The position numbers were made by a program, and so were the translations under genes. A stretch of DNA of 64,000 bases from Candidatus Poribacteria bacterium (lineage in GTDB: Bacteria > Poribacteria > WGA-4E > PCPOR2b), in NCBI GenBank assembly GCA_965208675.1, contig OZ242351.1:4544001-4608000 (forward strand). Direction: 5' to 3'. Below are positions 49,576-59,463 of this stretch, piece after piece. The notes under the pieces are model-generated. The model was not told the DNA's origin, did no database searches, and saw nothing but the letters and a program-made list of their open reading frames with translations. How positions within the stretch are numbered: position 1 is the stretch's first letter; the number at the start of each line of letters is the position of its first letter.

Positions 49576-51509
49576 TGCATTTTCCCTTCCGCTTGGACTT
49601 GTTTCTGCCTAGCTGCTTGAATCGATTCAAGCCCCTTTAGGAGCTTGGGGTTATCAGGCATTAATTCTAGCGCCTTTTGGATGGCTTCCTCCGCATTCGC
49701 ATAGTCATTGTTTCGGAAATACAACCAAGATAACGTGTTGAGGTAGCTCGCCGAGTTGGGTTGGATTTCGACCGCCTTTTGAACCAACTCGAGTGCCTCG
49801 TCGAGGCGGGAATTCTGCGCCGCATAGAGTTGCGCTAACCGTTCGTACGCCTTGTCATAGGCTGGATTCAGAGATATACACTTCTGAAACGCACCCTCCG
49901 CCGCGTCGAATTGGTTGCGTTTAATATGGATTGTGCCGAGGAAGTAGTACGTCTCAGCCATGTCGGGTTGAAGTTTTACGGCGGTGCTCAGATAGTCGGC
50001 GGCTTCATCCAGACGCTCCTGCCACAGGGCGATTAACCCTAACATGTGATGAGGTTCGGCGAGCTCCGGGTTTCGATTGATTGCCTCCCGATAGTGGTTT
50101 GCCGCCTGTTCAGGTTTATTCTGACCTAAGTAGACTCGTGCCATACCGTGGTGGACACGCGCATCATCAGGCATGAGACCAAGCAATTTTTCGTACACAG
50201 CAAGCGCATCGTGCAGGAGGGAGAGTTTAAACGAAATGGTACCGATGTTCAGCCACACTTCGCCGTTATCCGGTTCAAACTCAACGGCTCTGCGAAAGGC
50301 TGAGAGGGCGTTTTGGTAATCCACGTTGTTTTCAGATTTTTGCGCCTTGGCAAACCAAACAGACCCGAGGTCGATATATGAGGCGGCGGAATTCGGTCTT
50401 AGTTCGACGGCGCGGTTTTGGGCTTCCAGTGCATCGTCGAACCGCTCCAGCATGGTATAGATGTGGCTAAGTCCGCTGTAGGCTTCTGCGTTATTCGAAT
50501 CGTGCCAGAGCGATTTATTGAATTGCTGTATCGCTGCTTCATACTTCTTATCCTTGATGAATTTCCAACCGAGGTTTGACAATGTGACGGCTTTTCCAGT
50601 TCCTTGAGGCGCCCGCAACATGTCGACTTCGTCGGCTAGTTCTGCTTTGAGGCGCCGAAATTTTTCCATCGCCTTTTTTGCCTCGGTGTTTTTCCCTTGC
50701 CTGAAATACAGCAGTGCCAATCGGTAGTGGGTGCTAGCGAGTTGCGGATTCACGCGGATTGCATTTCGAAACGACCTTTCCGCATTTTCTTCACCCCCGA
50801 TTCGAAGACGCGCCACTCCAAGCCAGAAATGCGCCTCTGCGAGCGGAGGCCCCAGACGAATCGCCTGCTCAAAGTATTCGATAGCCGAGTCAACTAAGTT
50901 TCGCTCGAAGGCGGCGCGCCCAAGGAAGTAACTTACACCTGCTAACGATAGCGGGGTAAGTTTGTAGGTTTGGCTACCCCCCTGTAATATGGGCGTTTTT
51001 GCTAGCCGAGCATCTTGTGCGTTCAACGCTTTCATCAGCGCAAAACCCTTTTTTAATGCTTCGTCGGCTGCATCATAGTTTTGCTGCCGAAAATGAACGA
51101 CGCCTAACTGTGCATACGCTTGACCCCAATCGGGGAAGCGGCGCACGGTATTCTCGAACACTTCTCGGGATTTATCGTAGAGTTTCTGTATGAGAAATCC
51201 GCCGCCTAGACAGTAGTAGGCAACAGGATGGGTGTCATCGAGGGTTAATGCCTTCTCGAACGATTCGACGGCAAGATCGGCTGCGCCAAGCGAAAGATAC
51301 GCTAGTCCGAGATTTAAGTGCGCCTCTGCAGATGTCGGATCTTCTTCGAGAATCTTCCGATACGCTTCGACAGTTGCGACCATATCCGTGGACGAAACCA
51401 TTTGCGCACAAATTTTTCCGCACAGCGTTACCGTCAGTAATATGACTGATGTAGAAAGTATAGTTCTACAACTTGAACCATATCGGGAAGGGAATTTAAT
51501 TCGTATCAA
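49572..51509 (-). CDS. Secreted TPR-repeat protein (paralog of 1503..3410)
   Basis: TPR repeats; shares SAEAHLNLGLAYLSL, FPDW.QA.AQLG, LGPPLA, AYERLA.LY and YLNTLSWL with 1503..3410. Confidence 0.88.
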   Translation of the reverse strand: MIRIKFPSRYGSSCRTILSTSVILLTVTLCGKICAQMVSSTDMVATVEAYRKILEEDPTSAEAHLNLGLAYLSLGAADLAVESFEKALTLDDTHPVAYYCLGGGFLIQKLYDKSREVFENTVRRFPDWGQAYAQLGVVHFRQQNYDAADEALKKGFALMKALNAQDARLAKTPILQGGSQTYKLTPLSLAGVSYFLGRAAFERNLVDSAIEYFEQAIRLGPPLAEAHFWLGVARLRIGGEENAERSFRNAIRVNPQLASTHYRLALLYFRQGKNTEAKKAMEKFRRLKAELADEVDMLRAPQGTGKAVTLSNLGWKFIKDKKYEAAIQQFNKSLWHDSNNAEAYSGLSHIYTMLERFDDALEAQNRAVELRPNSAASYIDLGSVWFAKAQKSENNVDYQNALSAFRRAVEFEPDNGEVWLNIGTISFKLSLLHDALAVYEKLLGLMPDDARVHHGMARVYLGQNKPEQAANHYREAINRNPELAEPHHMLGLIALWQERLDEAADYLSTAVKLQPDMAETYYFLGTIHIKRNQFDAAEGAFQKCISLNPAYDKAYERLAQLYAAQNSRLDEALELVQKAVEIQPNSASYLNTLSWLYFRNNDYANAEEAIQKALELMPDNPKLLKGLESIQAARQKQVQAEGKMQ

Positions 51510-51556
51510 TATTTACGCCCTCACATGGGGTCATCAGAAAATTAAACAGTATCGGT

Positions 51557-51585
51557 ATTGTACATGAATACGCCGAGCGTGTCAA
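51557..51585 (-). promoter_or_regulatory. sigma70-type promoter for the TPR/transglutaminase operon
   Basis: Minus strand TTGACA-17 nt-TACAAT. Confidence 0.6.
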
Positions 51586-51650
51586 GATCAGAGTATTTGA
51601 TACCCATTTTGTATAGGCGCCGCATCGCGTGCACGATTGACAGATTTGTA

Positions 51651-51679
51651 TTGCAAAGGGCGGCGTTAGTCCGTATAAT
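51651..51679 (+). promoter_or_regulatory. Divergent sigma70-type promoter for the CRTAC1-family gene
   Basis: TTGCAA-17 nt-TATAAT. Confidence 0.55.
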
Positions 51680-51781
51680 ACCGGTGTTGGCGGCGTCTTA
51701 TTCAATAATCCGCGACGGTGCCAGTGTGTCCGGTGTGATTCGCCGCACTACTGCCTTTCAATACAGATTGGGGACGGTCAT

Positions 51782-53461
51782 TTGCATTCCGATTCGCGTT
51801 GCTTAAGAACTTACTGTTTGGCATTTCTTTTGCCTGTCCAAATTGCGTTCGCGGATTCAGCGATTCAATTCGTTGATGTCACCGAAGCGGCAGGCATCCG
51901 ATTCAATCACGTCGACGGGCGCAGCGGCCAGCGGTATTTTGTGGAATCACTTGGGTCCGGTGCTGCATTTTTCGACTATGACGGCGACGGCGACCCAGAC
52001 CTATACTTCGTAAACGGGGCGGCGCTTCCGGGCTATCAGGCGGCCGTATCGCCGACCAACAGACTATACCAAAACAACGGCGACGGCACTTTCAGCGACG
52101 TGACGGTGCAAGCGGGCGTTGGGGACACCGGCTATGGGCACGGATGCGCGGTTGGCGACTACAATAACGACGGCTACCTTGATTTGTACGTGACCAACTA
52201 CGGACCTAATGTACTCTATTTGAACAACGGAGATTTGACTTTTACCGACGTCACAGCCGATGCGGGTGTCGGCGACCCCCAATGGAGCAGTAGCTGCGCG
52301 TTCGCAGACTACGACCGTGACGGCGATCTCGACCTCTATGTCGTCAATTATATTGAGTACAGTCTAGAGGACAACCCGTGGTGCGGCCCTAAGGAGAAAG
52401 GGATTCGAGCGTACTGCGAGCCGAACAATTTTCCGGGTCTGCCGGATACCTTGTATCGGAACAACGGAGACGGGACATTTACGGATGTCACCCGTGAGTC
52501 CGGAATTTACATTCCAACCGGAAAGGGGCTCGGCGTGGTGTGGGGGGACTACAACAACGACGGGCATCCGGACATCTACGTTGCCAACGACTCGACCGAA
52601 AATTTTTTCTTTTTGAATAAAGGGGACGGCACTTTTGAGGAAGTGGGATTCATGCTTGGCGTTGCAATGAGCGAAACTGGAGCGGAAGAAAACGGGATGG
52701 GCACGGCATTTGGGGACATGGATAATGACGGGTGGTTGGATTTAATTGTGACGAACTATCAGGATCAGGCTAACACGCTTTACCACAACGACCAGGACGG
52801 ATTTTTTACTGATGTGTCAACCGCCTCAAAAACCGGAGCAATCAGTTTCCCCTTTCTTGGTTGGGCGACAGAATTCATTGATTACGATAACGATGGCTGG
52901 CAGGACCTTTTTGTCGCCAACGGCCATGTCCACGATAATCTTGAGGAGATTGGACAGGCGGGGACTTACGGCCAGCGGAACTTAATTTTCCGTAATGCCT
53001 GCGACAACACATTCACGGAAATTTCCAATCAACTGGGCGCGGGTATGCTCCACGAAGATGTCAGCCGCGGTGGTGCGTTTGCCGATTACGATTTGGATGG
53101 CGACATTGATATTGTGGTGACCAACTCCAATAGTCCGCCGCGGCTGCTTCGGAATGACGGCGGCAACAAACGCCATTGGCTGTCAATCAAGTTGAATGGT
53201 ACCACGGGGTCAACCGATGCCATCGGTGCGCGTGTAACAGTTCACGCCGGGGATATATCCCAAACCAGGGAGGTGCGAAGTGGTACTGGTTATTTATCCC
53301 AAAACGAACTCAAACTGCTCTACGGGCTTGGGGACAGCTCAACCACAGTTTCAGTCGAAGTGCAATGGCCGGGGGGCGCAAAACAGCAGATTGAAAATAT
53401 TGCGGTTAACCAGTCCATTATGATTATTGAAGGCGGCGACTGGAAACGCGCTGAATTTTAG
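51782..53461 (+). CDS. CRTAC1-family protein (FG-GAP repeats + ASPIC/UnbV), paralog of 4682..6331
   Basis: FVDVTEAAGI.F.H, DYDGDGD repeats, GKGLGV, VSRG.AF.DYD and AIGARV...GLG...WP. Confidence 0.9.
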   Translation: MHSDSRCLRTYCLAFLLPVQIAFADSAIQFVDVTEAAGIRFNHVDGRSGQRYFVESLGSGAAFFDYDGDGDPDLYFVNGAALPGYQAAVSPTNRLYQNNGDGTFSDVTVQAGVGDTGYGHGCAVGDYNNDGYLDLYVTNYGPNVLYLNNGDLTFTDVTADAGVGDPQWSSSCAFADYDRDGDLDLYVVNYIEYSLEDNPWCGPKEKGIRAYCEPNNFPGLPDTLYRNNGDGTFTDVTRESGIYIPTGKGLGVVWGDYNNDGHPDIYVANDSTENFFFLNKGDGTFEEVGFMLGVAMSETGAEENGMGTAFGDMDNDGWLDLIVTNYQDQANTLYHNDQDGFFTDVSTASKTGAISFPFLGWATEFIDYDNDGWQDLFVANGHVHDNLEEIGQAGTYGQRNLIFRNACDNTFTEISNQLGAGMLHEDVSRGGAFADYDLDGDIDIVVTNSNSPPRLLRNDGGNKRHWLSIKLNGTTGSTDAIGARVTVHAGDISQTREVRSGTGYLSQNELKLLYGLGDSSTTVSVEVQWPGGAKQQIENIAVNQSIMIIEGGDWKRAEF

Positions 53462-53470
53462 TTAGTTTTA

Positions 53471-53605
53471 GAGCATGTTTGAATAATTGGCGGCAAAGCC
53501 ATTCTTGGATTTCTGAGCCGCTATGACCGTTGGAACTTCTATCGCCCTCGGTATTCGCTCAGTCGATCCTATTCAGTCGCTTGATTCCCGCCTACGGGGC
53601 GTGGT
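53471..53605. mobile_element. Left-hand fragment of the MITE family
   Basis: TTA then GAGCATGTTTGAATAATTGGCGGCAAAGCCATTCTTGG...; aligns with 10708 onward. Confidence 0.7.
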
Positions 53606-53615
53606 GGTGTGCTTT

Positions 53616-54422
53616 ATGAAAATTTCATTTATGACTCAAGCCTACGCTGATACGCCGTTCGAGAAAATTGTTCCGCGGCTTGCGAAGGTCGGATATGACG
53701 GTGTTGAGCCGTTAGCCGGTCCCGAAGGACAGTTGAAACCATCGGAACTCAAGGACAGCGACAGACGCGAACTGGGGTCACTCCTCACGGAACACGGTAT
53801 GACAATTCCTGTTCTGAATCCGTATAGAGAGTCGATGGTCAACATGGCAAAAGAAGGGATAGCGAGAGACTTTTACGGCGCCATAATGGAGCTTGCTGTG
53901 GATTTGGGGACGCCCACCGTGAATTGTCTGAGCGGCTTTTTCGCCGATGGAGATAGGGAGGGGTGGAAGATTCTAATTGATTTTTTCAAAGAGCTAACCC
54001 GGCACGCAGAATCGATCGGCATCTGCCTGTCAATTCACAACCACGAGGCAAATATCTTGGACACGGTTGAGAAATGTACGCTAATGATCGAGCACGTTGG
54101 CTCGCCGAATCTGAAAGTCACGTTCGACGCGACAAACTGCTATCTGCTCAACGTAGATGTCCCACAAGCCGCGGTGTACCTTGGGCCGCATCTCAACCAC
54201 TGCCATCTCAAGGGTATAAAGGGTAAATACCCATTTACGCACTTTTTAGTTCCCGGCGAGGAAGGCGATGAGATGGACTTTGAAGCGTTGGCGAGCGCAC
54301 TTGCAACGGTGGGATACGACGGTTACATCTCGGTCGAGACTTTCCCGCATATGCGAGACGATAAGGACAGGATTGCATACGAGATGATGAGTAGTACACT
54401 GGCGGGGCTAGGGCTCAGTTGA
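53616..54422 (+). CDS. Sugar phosphate isomerase/epimerase (xylose-isomerase-like TIM barrel)
   Basis: GYDGVE, IHNHE, FDATN, HCHLK and GYDGYISVE; start moved to MKISF because the upstream codons are MITE sequence. Confidence 0.85.
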   Translation: MKISFMTQAYADTPFEKIVPRLAKVGYDGVEPLAGPEGQLKPSELKDSDRRELGSLLTEHGMTIPVLNPYRESMVNMAKEGIARDFYGAIMELAVDLGTPTVNCLSGFFADGDREGWKILIDFFKELTRHAESIGICLSIHNHEANILDTVEKCTLMIEHVGSPNLKVTFDATNCYLLNVDVPQAAVYLGPHLNHCHLKGIKGKYPFTHFLVPGEEGDEMDFEALASALATVGYDGYISVETFPHMRDDKDRIAYEMMSSTLAGLGLS

Positions 54423-54509
54423 GGGTTTACATACCATGATGGCGCGGGAGAAACAAGTGCCGTGTGAAGGGGTTCGCGTTGCCAGGGGAGGTGCAGCGCC
54501 GCCTGAAAT

Positions 54510-55289
54510 CTACAAACGACTCTTGATTGCCGCCCAAAGGGTCACCAGTGAACCTTTGGAAGCGACGGCCTGCGCGCGGGGTTCGGACTCAGACAACGCG
54601 AAGACTTCATCCCCGTCCAACACGCGTTTGTAGATGCGCACTTCGTCCAGACGCCCGACGAACCCGTTCAGTTGGAACTTGGGAATGCCTCCCAGATACA
54701 GGGCGTCGCCCTGCTCCCCAATTTTGCCAATCGCCCCCGGATTCGCTTTAACCAGCAGTCCGTCCCGGTAAAGCTTAGAACCGTTCTTCGGCGACCACGT
54801 GCCCGCGACGAAATGCCACTCACCCTGTTTTAGCGCCGGCCCTTCGCCGCTCTGCAGCCAACTGCCAGCGACTTGGACTTCCAATCTACCGTTACCTTTA
54901 AGTAGATCGAGATTGAACTGCTTACGGCGAAACACGGCGCGGTTCTCGCCGGCGAAGTCCAGTTTCTCCGGATACACCCAAAAGGAACACGTAAAACCTT
55001 CATCCTGCTTGGTAATCAGGTAACTCGCCGAATCCGTTGTTTCCGCGCCATCAGTGACCGCGTCAAAGCGGATGGCTTTGCCGAACTTTCCTTCCGCCTC
55101 GCGTTTTGCAGTGTGTAGGTCTCCGTGGTTCTCTTCTCCGCTCTTGTCGGTGATTAAGTTGCCGTTCCCTTCAAATGGATAGTATACAACTAAAGCGTCC
55201 TGGAATTTCGCCATCACGCTGGCGGACAAGAACAGAGAGACGGCGATTGCCGCAGCGAGCGCAACCCGCTTCGCAGTGTGAGCGTTCAT
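54510..55289 (-). CDS. Secreted LamG-like jellyroll protein with TLWAAIK tail
   Basis: YYPFEGNG, GKFGKAIRFD, WHFVAGTW and GRLDEVRIYKRVL; ends AVASKGSLVTLWAAIKSRL. Confidence 0.88.
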   Translation of the reverse strand: MNAHTAKRVALAAAIAVSLFLSASVMAKFQDALVVYYPFEGNGNLITDKSGEENHGDLHTAKREAEGKFGKAIRFDAVTDGAETTDSASYLITKQDEGFTCSFWVYPEKLDFAGENRAVFRRKQFNLDLLKGNGRLEVQVAGSWLQSGEGPALKQGEWHFVAGTWSPKNGSKLYRDGLLVKANPGAIGKIGEQGDALYLGGIPKFQLNGFVGRLDEVRIYKRVLDGDEVFALSESEPRAQAVASKGSLVTLWAAIKSRL

Positions 55290-55301
55290 GCTAATTCCTT
55301 A

Positions 55302-55450
55302 GAGCCTGTTTGAATATTAGGCGGCAAACCGATTCTTTGGCGTTTGAGTTGCGATAACAGTTGGAACCCCTATCGCACGGGTTTTTCTATCGCCTTCGCT
55401 AATCCCTCAGTCGATCTTTTTCAGTCGCTTAATCCCCGCCTAAGGTGCGT
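55302..55450. mobile_element. Left-hand fragment of the MITE family
   Basis: TTA then GAGCCTGTTTGAATATTAGGCGGCAAACCGATTC...TTCTATCGCCTTCGCTA; aligns with the 10708 and 53471 copies. Confidence 0.72.
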
Positions 55451-55456
55451 GGCGAT

Positions 55457-56284
55457 TTACTTGAAAGCTTTGATTTCCCCCCACGACACTGCGAGTCTCC
55501 CAGCGGGATTGACACTAAATCCTCCGGACAGGAAATTTTGCTTGACTTCCCCCGCGTTGAGCGGCCGATCATATATAGCCACTTCATCCACGGCGCCATC
55601 CATCCAGGCTCTATCTGCGAATGTGAAAATCTTTTTTCCAAAGGTGGCTCTGGTGTCCTCTCCGGTTTGGAGCGGATTTATAGTCTGGTTATCGTAGACG
55701 AGTTCGCCGTCTACATAGATTTTTAACTCCGTCTTCTTGTCGTATGTTGCTGTCACGTGGGTCCATGTGTCGGGCTCAAAACGTCTCGGGGCTACATGGT
55801 CATTGCAAATTCCCCACAAGGCAATTCCCGCGCCGTCCCACGCGGTGATACCGTACAGCTCCCCTTGACAAATTTGCGCAGATTCTCCTTCCCATCCCCA
55901 AGCAACCGGCACCTGTTTAAGAGCAAACTTGTTAAACCGCACCCACGCGCTCAAGGTGCGGGGATCGGAGCCGGTGATTTCGATTTCCTGTTTTGACTGT
56001 GCGTAATCGCCGTCTCCGTCAAACTCCACTGCACCTCCAATTCTACCTTCTACAATCTTGGGCTGGCTTTGTCCTCCTCCAAGCAGCGGCGGCGATTTGC
56101 CGCGGACGAGTTCGACATCATTGTTTCCAGCGAGGTCCGGCACGGTGTCATTATCGGCATTATCAAACGACCAGTAGTGGACGAGTCCGTTCGCGACGAT
56201 TTTTGCTTCCACGGCTTTCGCGGTCACCATCACAATGAAGACAACCGCCAGAAACGAGGTCAAATTCATTGCAGTGCGAGGCAT
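55457..56284 (-). CDS. Secreted LamG-like protein with VSWGEIK tail (paralog of 56406)
   Basis: YWSFD, EFDGDGDY, TLSAW and DEVAIYDR.L; start at 56284 after GAGGAGG. Confidence 0.88.
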   Translation of the reverse strand: MPRTAMNLTSFLAVVFIVMVTAKAVEAKIVANGLVHYWSFDNADNDTVPDLAGNNDVELVRGKSPPLLGGGQSQPKIVEGRIGGAVEFDGDGDYAQSKQEIEITGSDPRTLSAWVRFNKFALKQVPVAWGWEGESAQICQGELYGITAWDGAGIALWGICNDHVAPRRFEPDTWTHVTATYDKKTELKIYVDGELVYDNQTINPLQTGEDTRATFGKKIFTFADRAWMDGAVDEVAIYDRPLNAGEVKQNFLSGGFSVNPAGRLAVSWGEIKAFK

Positions 56285-56405
56285 AATCGTCCTCCTCATG
56301 GATTCTTAATGAAATGCTGTTTGGCACAAATCGATAAATCGTCCCCTTTGGGCACCGAAATGTTGCCGTACGGCAAACTGCACATTGCGTAGGCCTTTAT
56401 GATGA

Positions 56406-57242
56406 TTACCGTGATGCGTGTTTTATCACACCCCAGACCGCGGCGATCGTACCAGCAGTATCCACTGCTACTGCCCCAAATTCGTCTGCCATGTAGTTCT
56501 GCATGACTTCATCCGGGTTGAGCGCCCTATCATAAATGGCGACTTCATCGACAACGCCGTTTGTCCACGCTCTATCGCCGAAAGTGAAAATTTGCTTTCC
56601 CAAGGTCATCTTTGAATCGCCCGTCTGAAGCGGCGTTACATCCATTTTGTTGTAGACTTCTTCCGCGTTGACGTAGATTTTAAGGTCGGTGTCGTTCTCG
56701 TAGGTTGCTGTAACGTGCGCCCATAGGTCCTGTTCAAATCTCTCTGTGGATACATGGTCATTACAGACTCCCCACAGGGCAATCCGGGGACCGTCCCAAG
56801 CGGTGATGGCGTACAACTCGCCCTGACATATTTGTTCGGTTTCGCCTTCCCAGCCCCATCCGACCGGCACCTGTTTCTGCGAGACAAACCCGTTGAATTT
56901 AATCCAGGCGCTCAATGTCCGCGGTGCAGACCCTGTAATGGGGATGTTAGCTATGGATTCTGCATAGTCACCATCTCCATCAAACTCTACGCCCATACCG
57001 ATTTTACCCGACGTAATTTGCGGATCGCTAGGTCCGTCGCCGAACAGTTCCGGGGAATCCCCGTGCATGAGTGCAACATCGTTATTCCCAACCAGATCTG
57101 GTGCAACGCTGGCTTGAACGTCATCGAAAGACCAGTATCCGATTAACCCTTCCTTAACGACACCAGCGTTCGCAGTGCCGATAATTAGCCCGGTTGTCAA
57201 GATGGCTAGCGCAGAAACAGCCGCCAAAACTTTGTTAAACAT
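56406..57242 (-). CDS. Secreted LamG-like protein with AVWGVIK tail
   Basis: Shares KQVPV.WGWEGE..QICQGELY with 55457; start MFNKV at 57242 after AAGGAGG. Confidence 0.88.
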   Translation of the reverse strand: MFNKVLAAVSALAILTTGLIIGTANAGVVKEGLIGYWSFDDVQASVAPDLVGNNDVALMHGDSPELFGDGPSDPQITSGKIGMGVEFDGDGDYAESIANIPITGSAPRTLSAWIKFNGFVSQKQVPVGWGWEGETEQICQGELYAITAWDGPRIALWGVCNDHVSTERFEQDLWAHVTATYENDTDLKIYVNAEEVYNKMDVTPLQTGDSKMTLGKQIFTFGDRAWTNGVVDEVAIYDRALNPDEVMQNYMADEFGAVAVDTAGTIAAVWGVIKHASR

Positions 57243-57398
57243 ATTTCTTGTGCCTCCTTTATCTTCATTTGGGGTATTGTTTAATGCAGGTCTCACGCTC
57301 AACAGTTGACTAACGCTTCATTTTTTCCGGCGACGAGGTCAAGAACAGACGAGGCACTTGGTGAATCCGCGTTGAGCGTTCTATTTTAACCGATAGAT

Positions 57399-57428
57399 AA
57401 AAAAAACCCCGATCCGAAGATCGGGGTT
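57399..57428 (-). terminator. Intrinsic terminator after 57440..58243
   Basis: Minus strand AACCCCGATC-TTCG-GATCGGGGTT then a T-run; UUCG tetraloop. Confidence 0.85.
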
Positions 57429-57439
57429 AATTAAACCGT

Positions 57440-58243
57440 CTACTTTGTAGACTTTATGTGTGCCCATGTACTTGCGAGTTTTCCAACGGGCTCAACCGCG
57501 ACGGTCGCCGCGAAGTTTTGTACAACTTCGTCGGCGCTAAGTGCGCGGTTGTAAAGTCCGACATCGTCAATTAAGCCCTCAAAGAACTCACCCGGGTCAC
57601 CGGGTTCATGACCATGAAGGTCTACATGGGGACCGGGATTGATGCCGGGATTGCTTCCAATGGCTCCAGCATTGGTACCGACCACCTTCATCGCTTCAGG
57701 AAGAACATGCTCAGCGACCATTTCTCCGTTCAGGTAGATGGTATTGTTCTGACTGCCGTTGTAAACAGCAACAACGTGGTGCCAGTCACCAAGAGACACG
57801 ACAGGTCCATAAGTATCAGACCCGGCGCCCCATTGGGTCATGAAGACCTGATCGCCATTACGAGTCCCGATACCGAAGAATATACCGCAGCACTGCGGCA
57901 CACCGAATGTAGCGATATACTGAACCCCGCCTGCGTCAGATACCTCTCGTTTAAACCAAGCCGACCATGTCATTGGCGAATTGCCTGTTGGCACGCCGTT
58001 TGTCGGAAATGTAACATTATCACCATCTTTATCGAACTTTAGGGCATCACCGATTTTGCCGGCGACGACTTCCGGATCTCCGTTAATGGTTCCGTCGTTA
58101 TCTCCAACTTGGTCTGAGACATCCCCGCCATCGAAGGACCAGTAGCTAACGAGACCATCTTGGACGACTTGTGCTTCTGAAATACAAGCGAATGCAACAA
58201 ATCCAGCGATGACAAAGAACAGCATGATGCTCTTGTTTAACAT
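57440..58243 (-). CDS. Secreted LamG-like protein with STWAHIK tail (paralog of 58318)
   Basis: YWSFD, GKIGDALKFD, WHHVVAVY and GLIDDVGLYNRAL; start MLNKS at 58243 after AGGAGG. Confidence 0.88.
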   Translation of the reverse strand: MLNKSIMLFFVIAGFVAFACISEAQVVQDGLVSYWSFDGGDVSDQVGDNDGTINGDPEVVAGKIGDALKFDKDGDNVTFPTNGVPTGNSPMTWSAWFKREVSDAGGVQYIATFGVPQCCGIFFGIGTRNGDQVFMTQWGAGSDTYGPVVSLGDWHHVVAVYNGSQNNTIYLNGEMVAEHVLPEAMKVVGTNAGAIGSNPGINPGPHVDLHGHEPGDPGEFFEGLIDDVGLYNRALSADEVVQNFAATVAVEPVGKLASTWAHIKSTK

Positions 58244-58317
58244 TGAAAAAAGCCTCCTGTTTAGTGAGTTATGCATTGGCTTCGGACGGTAGTGAGTCAT
58301 CCGAAGGTTGGTTACAG

Positions 58318-59082
58318 CTATTTTTTATCCTTGATGTTCCCCCATGTAGTCGTTATTTTATCAGCCGGGTTTACAGCAAAAATTAGTTTCGCCTCATAAT
58401 TCTGCAGGACTTCATCCGCATTCAACGCACGGTCATAAAGCCCGACTTCATCAATGAAACCCTCAAAATTTTCGCCTCCCTCCGAATTGCTGCCGATGGC
58501 TCCCTTTCTATCATTTACGGCGTTTGGCTCTTCAGCTAGCGCCATTTCTTTCACCAATTCCCCGTTTAGATAGAGGATATCATTCTGATCGCCATCATAG
58601 ATTGCAGCAATATAGTGCCATTTGTCGAATGAAATAACAGGGCCAAAAACGTCAAAGTGGGCACCCCATTGGGTCATGAAAAGTTGCTCGTTATTCCGAG
58701 TCCCGATTCCAAAGAATTGACCGCAACAACCCGCAATGCCAAACGCCGCAATATATTGAACGGAGTTGTTGTCGCCGGTCTCTCGCATAAACCAAGCCGA
58801 CCAGGTCATGGCAGAATTACCTGTTGGGAAACCTTCATTGTCGAAAGAGACACTGTCTATTTGCCCGCTGAACTCCAGTGCCATACCGTGTTTACCCTCG
58901 ACCAGCTTTGGCTTGCCGATAACTTTTCCGTCATTCGGGCCAACCGCATCTTCGACATCAAGGTTGTCCAGATGCCAGTAGCTAACAAGCCCGTCTTCGA
59001 CGATTTGAGCTGCCGCTGTATGGCAAACAACCACAGCGACACTCATCACAATGAAAATTATAGCGATGTTTTTGTTAAACAT
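58318..59082 (-). CDS. Secreted LamG-like protein with TTWGNIK tail
   Basis: Shares PTGNS.MTWSAWF, CCG.FFGIGTRN and FMTQWGA with 57440; start MFNKN at 59082 after AGGAGG. Confidence 0.88.
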   Translation of the reverse strand: MFNKNIAIIFIVMSVAVVVCHTAAAQIVEDGLVSYWHLDNLDVEDAVGPNDGKVIGKPKLVEGKHGMALEFSGQIDSVSFDNEGFPTGNSAMTWSAWFMRETGDNNSVQYIAAFGIAGCCGQFFGIGTRNNEQLFMTQWGAHFDVFGPVISFDKWHYIAAIYDGDQNDILYLNGELVKEMALAEEPNAVNDRKGAIGSNSEGGENFEGFIDEVGLYDRALNADEVLQNYEAKLIFAVNPADKITTTWGNIKDKK

Positions 59083-59306
59083 TGTCCTTACCTCCTGATT
59101 ATACGGTTTCTGCATTTCGAGTTGGAAACATTGTTATAAGTTGCGCAGCCAACTACGGCAGGAATTTCAGCCTACTACGAGCGTCCATCAGAATAGAAAA
59201 TCCCGTCAAAACACAGCGGGATACCCGTCCTCGCATTGACTCGCCCTTATCGGCGTAATTGTTAGACAGGCGTCCGTTGTCCCGAAAATCACTCTCAGCT
59301 AGGCAC

Positions 59307-59335
59307 ATTATAACAGAAGTGGGGAAAAATGGCAA
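59307..59335 (-). promoter_or_regulatory. sigma70-type promoter for the LamG cluster
   Basis: Minus strand TTGCCA-17 nt-TATAAT with extended -10 TG. Confidence 0.6.
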
Positions 59336-59463
59336 TAAAAATAATTGTACGCTACAAGCACTATTGGTTTGTCAGAATCGCAATTTTGCGGTGAGTTTGC
59401 ACGATTGGCGCATCATGCTGGATTGCGACAGCTAAGACCGCATTTAGCGGTGGGAGGCCATTG

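Noticed and set aside
53523-53615. N-terminal extension of the isomerase ORF, and ORF 55344..55697
   Set aside because: These are translations of MITE sequence (and antisense LamG sequence), not real coding regions.
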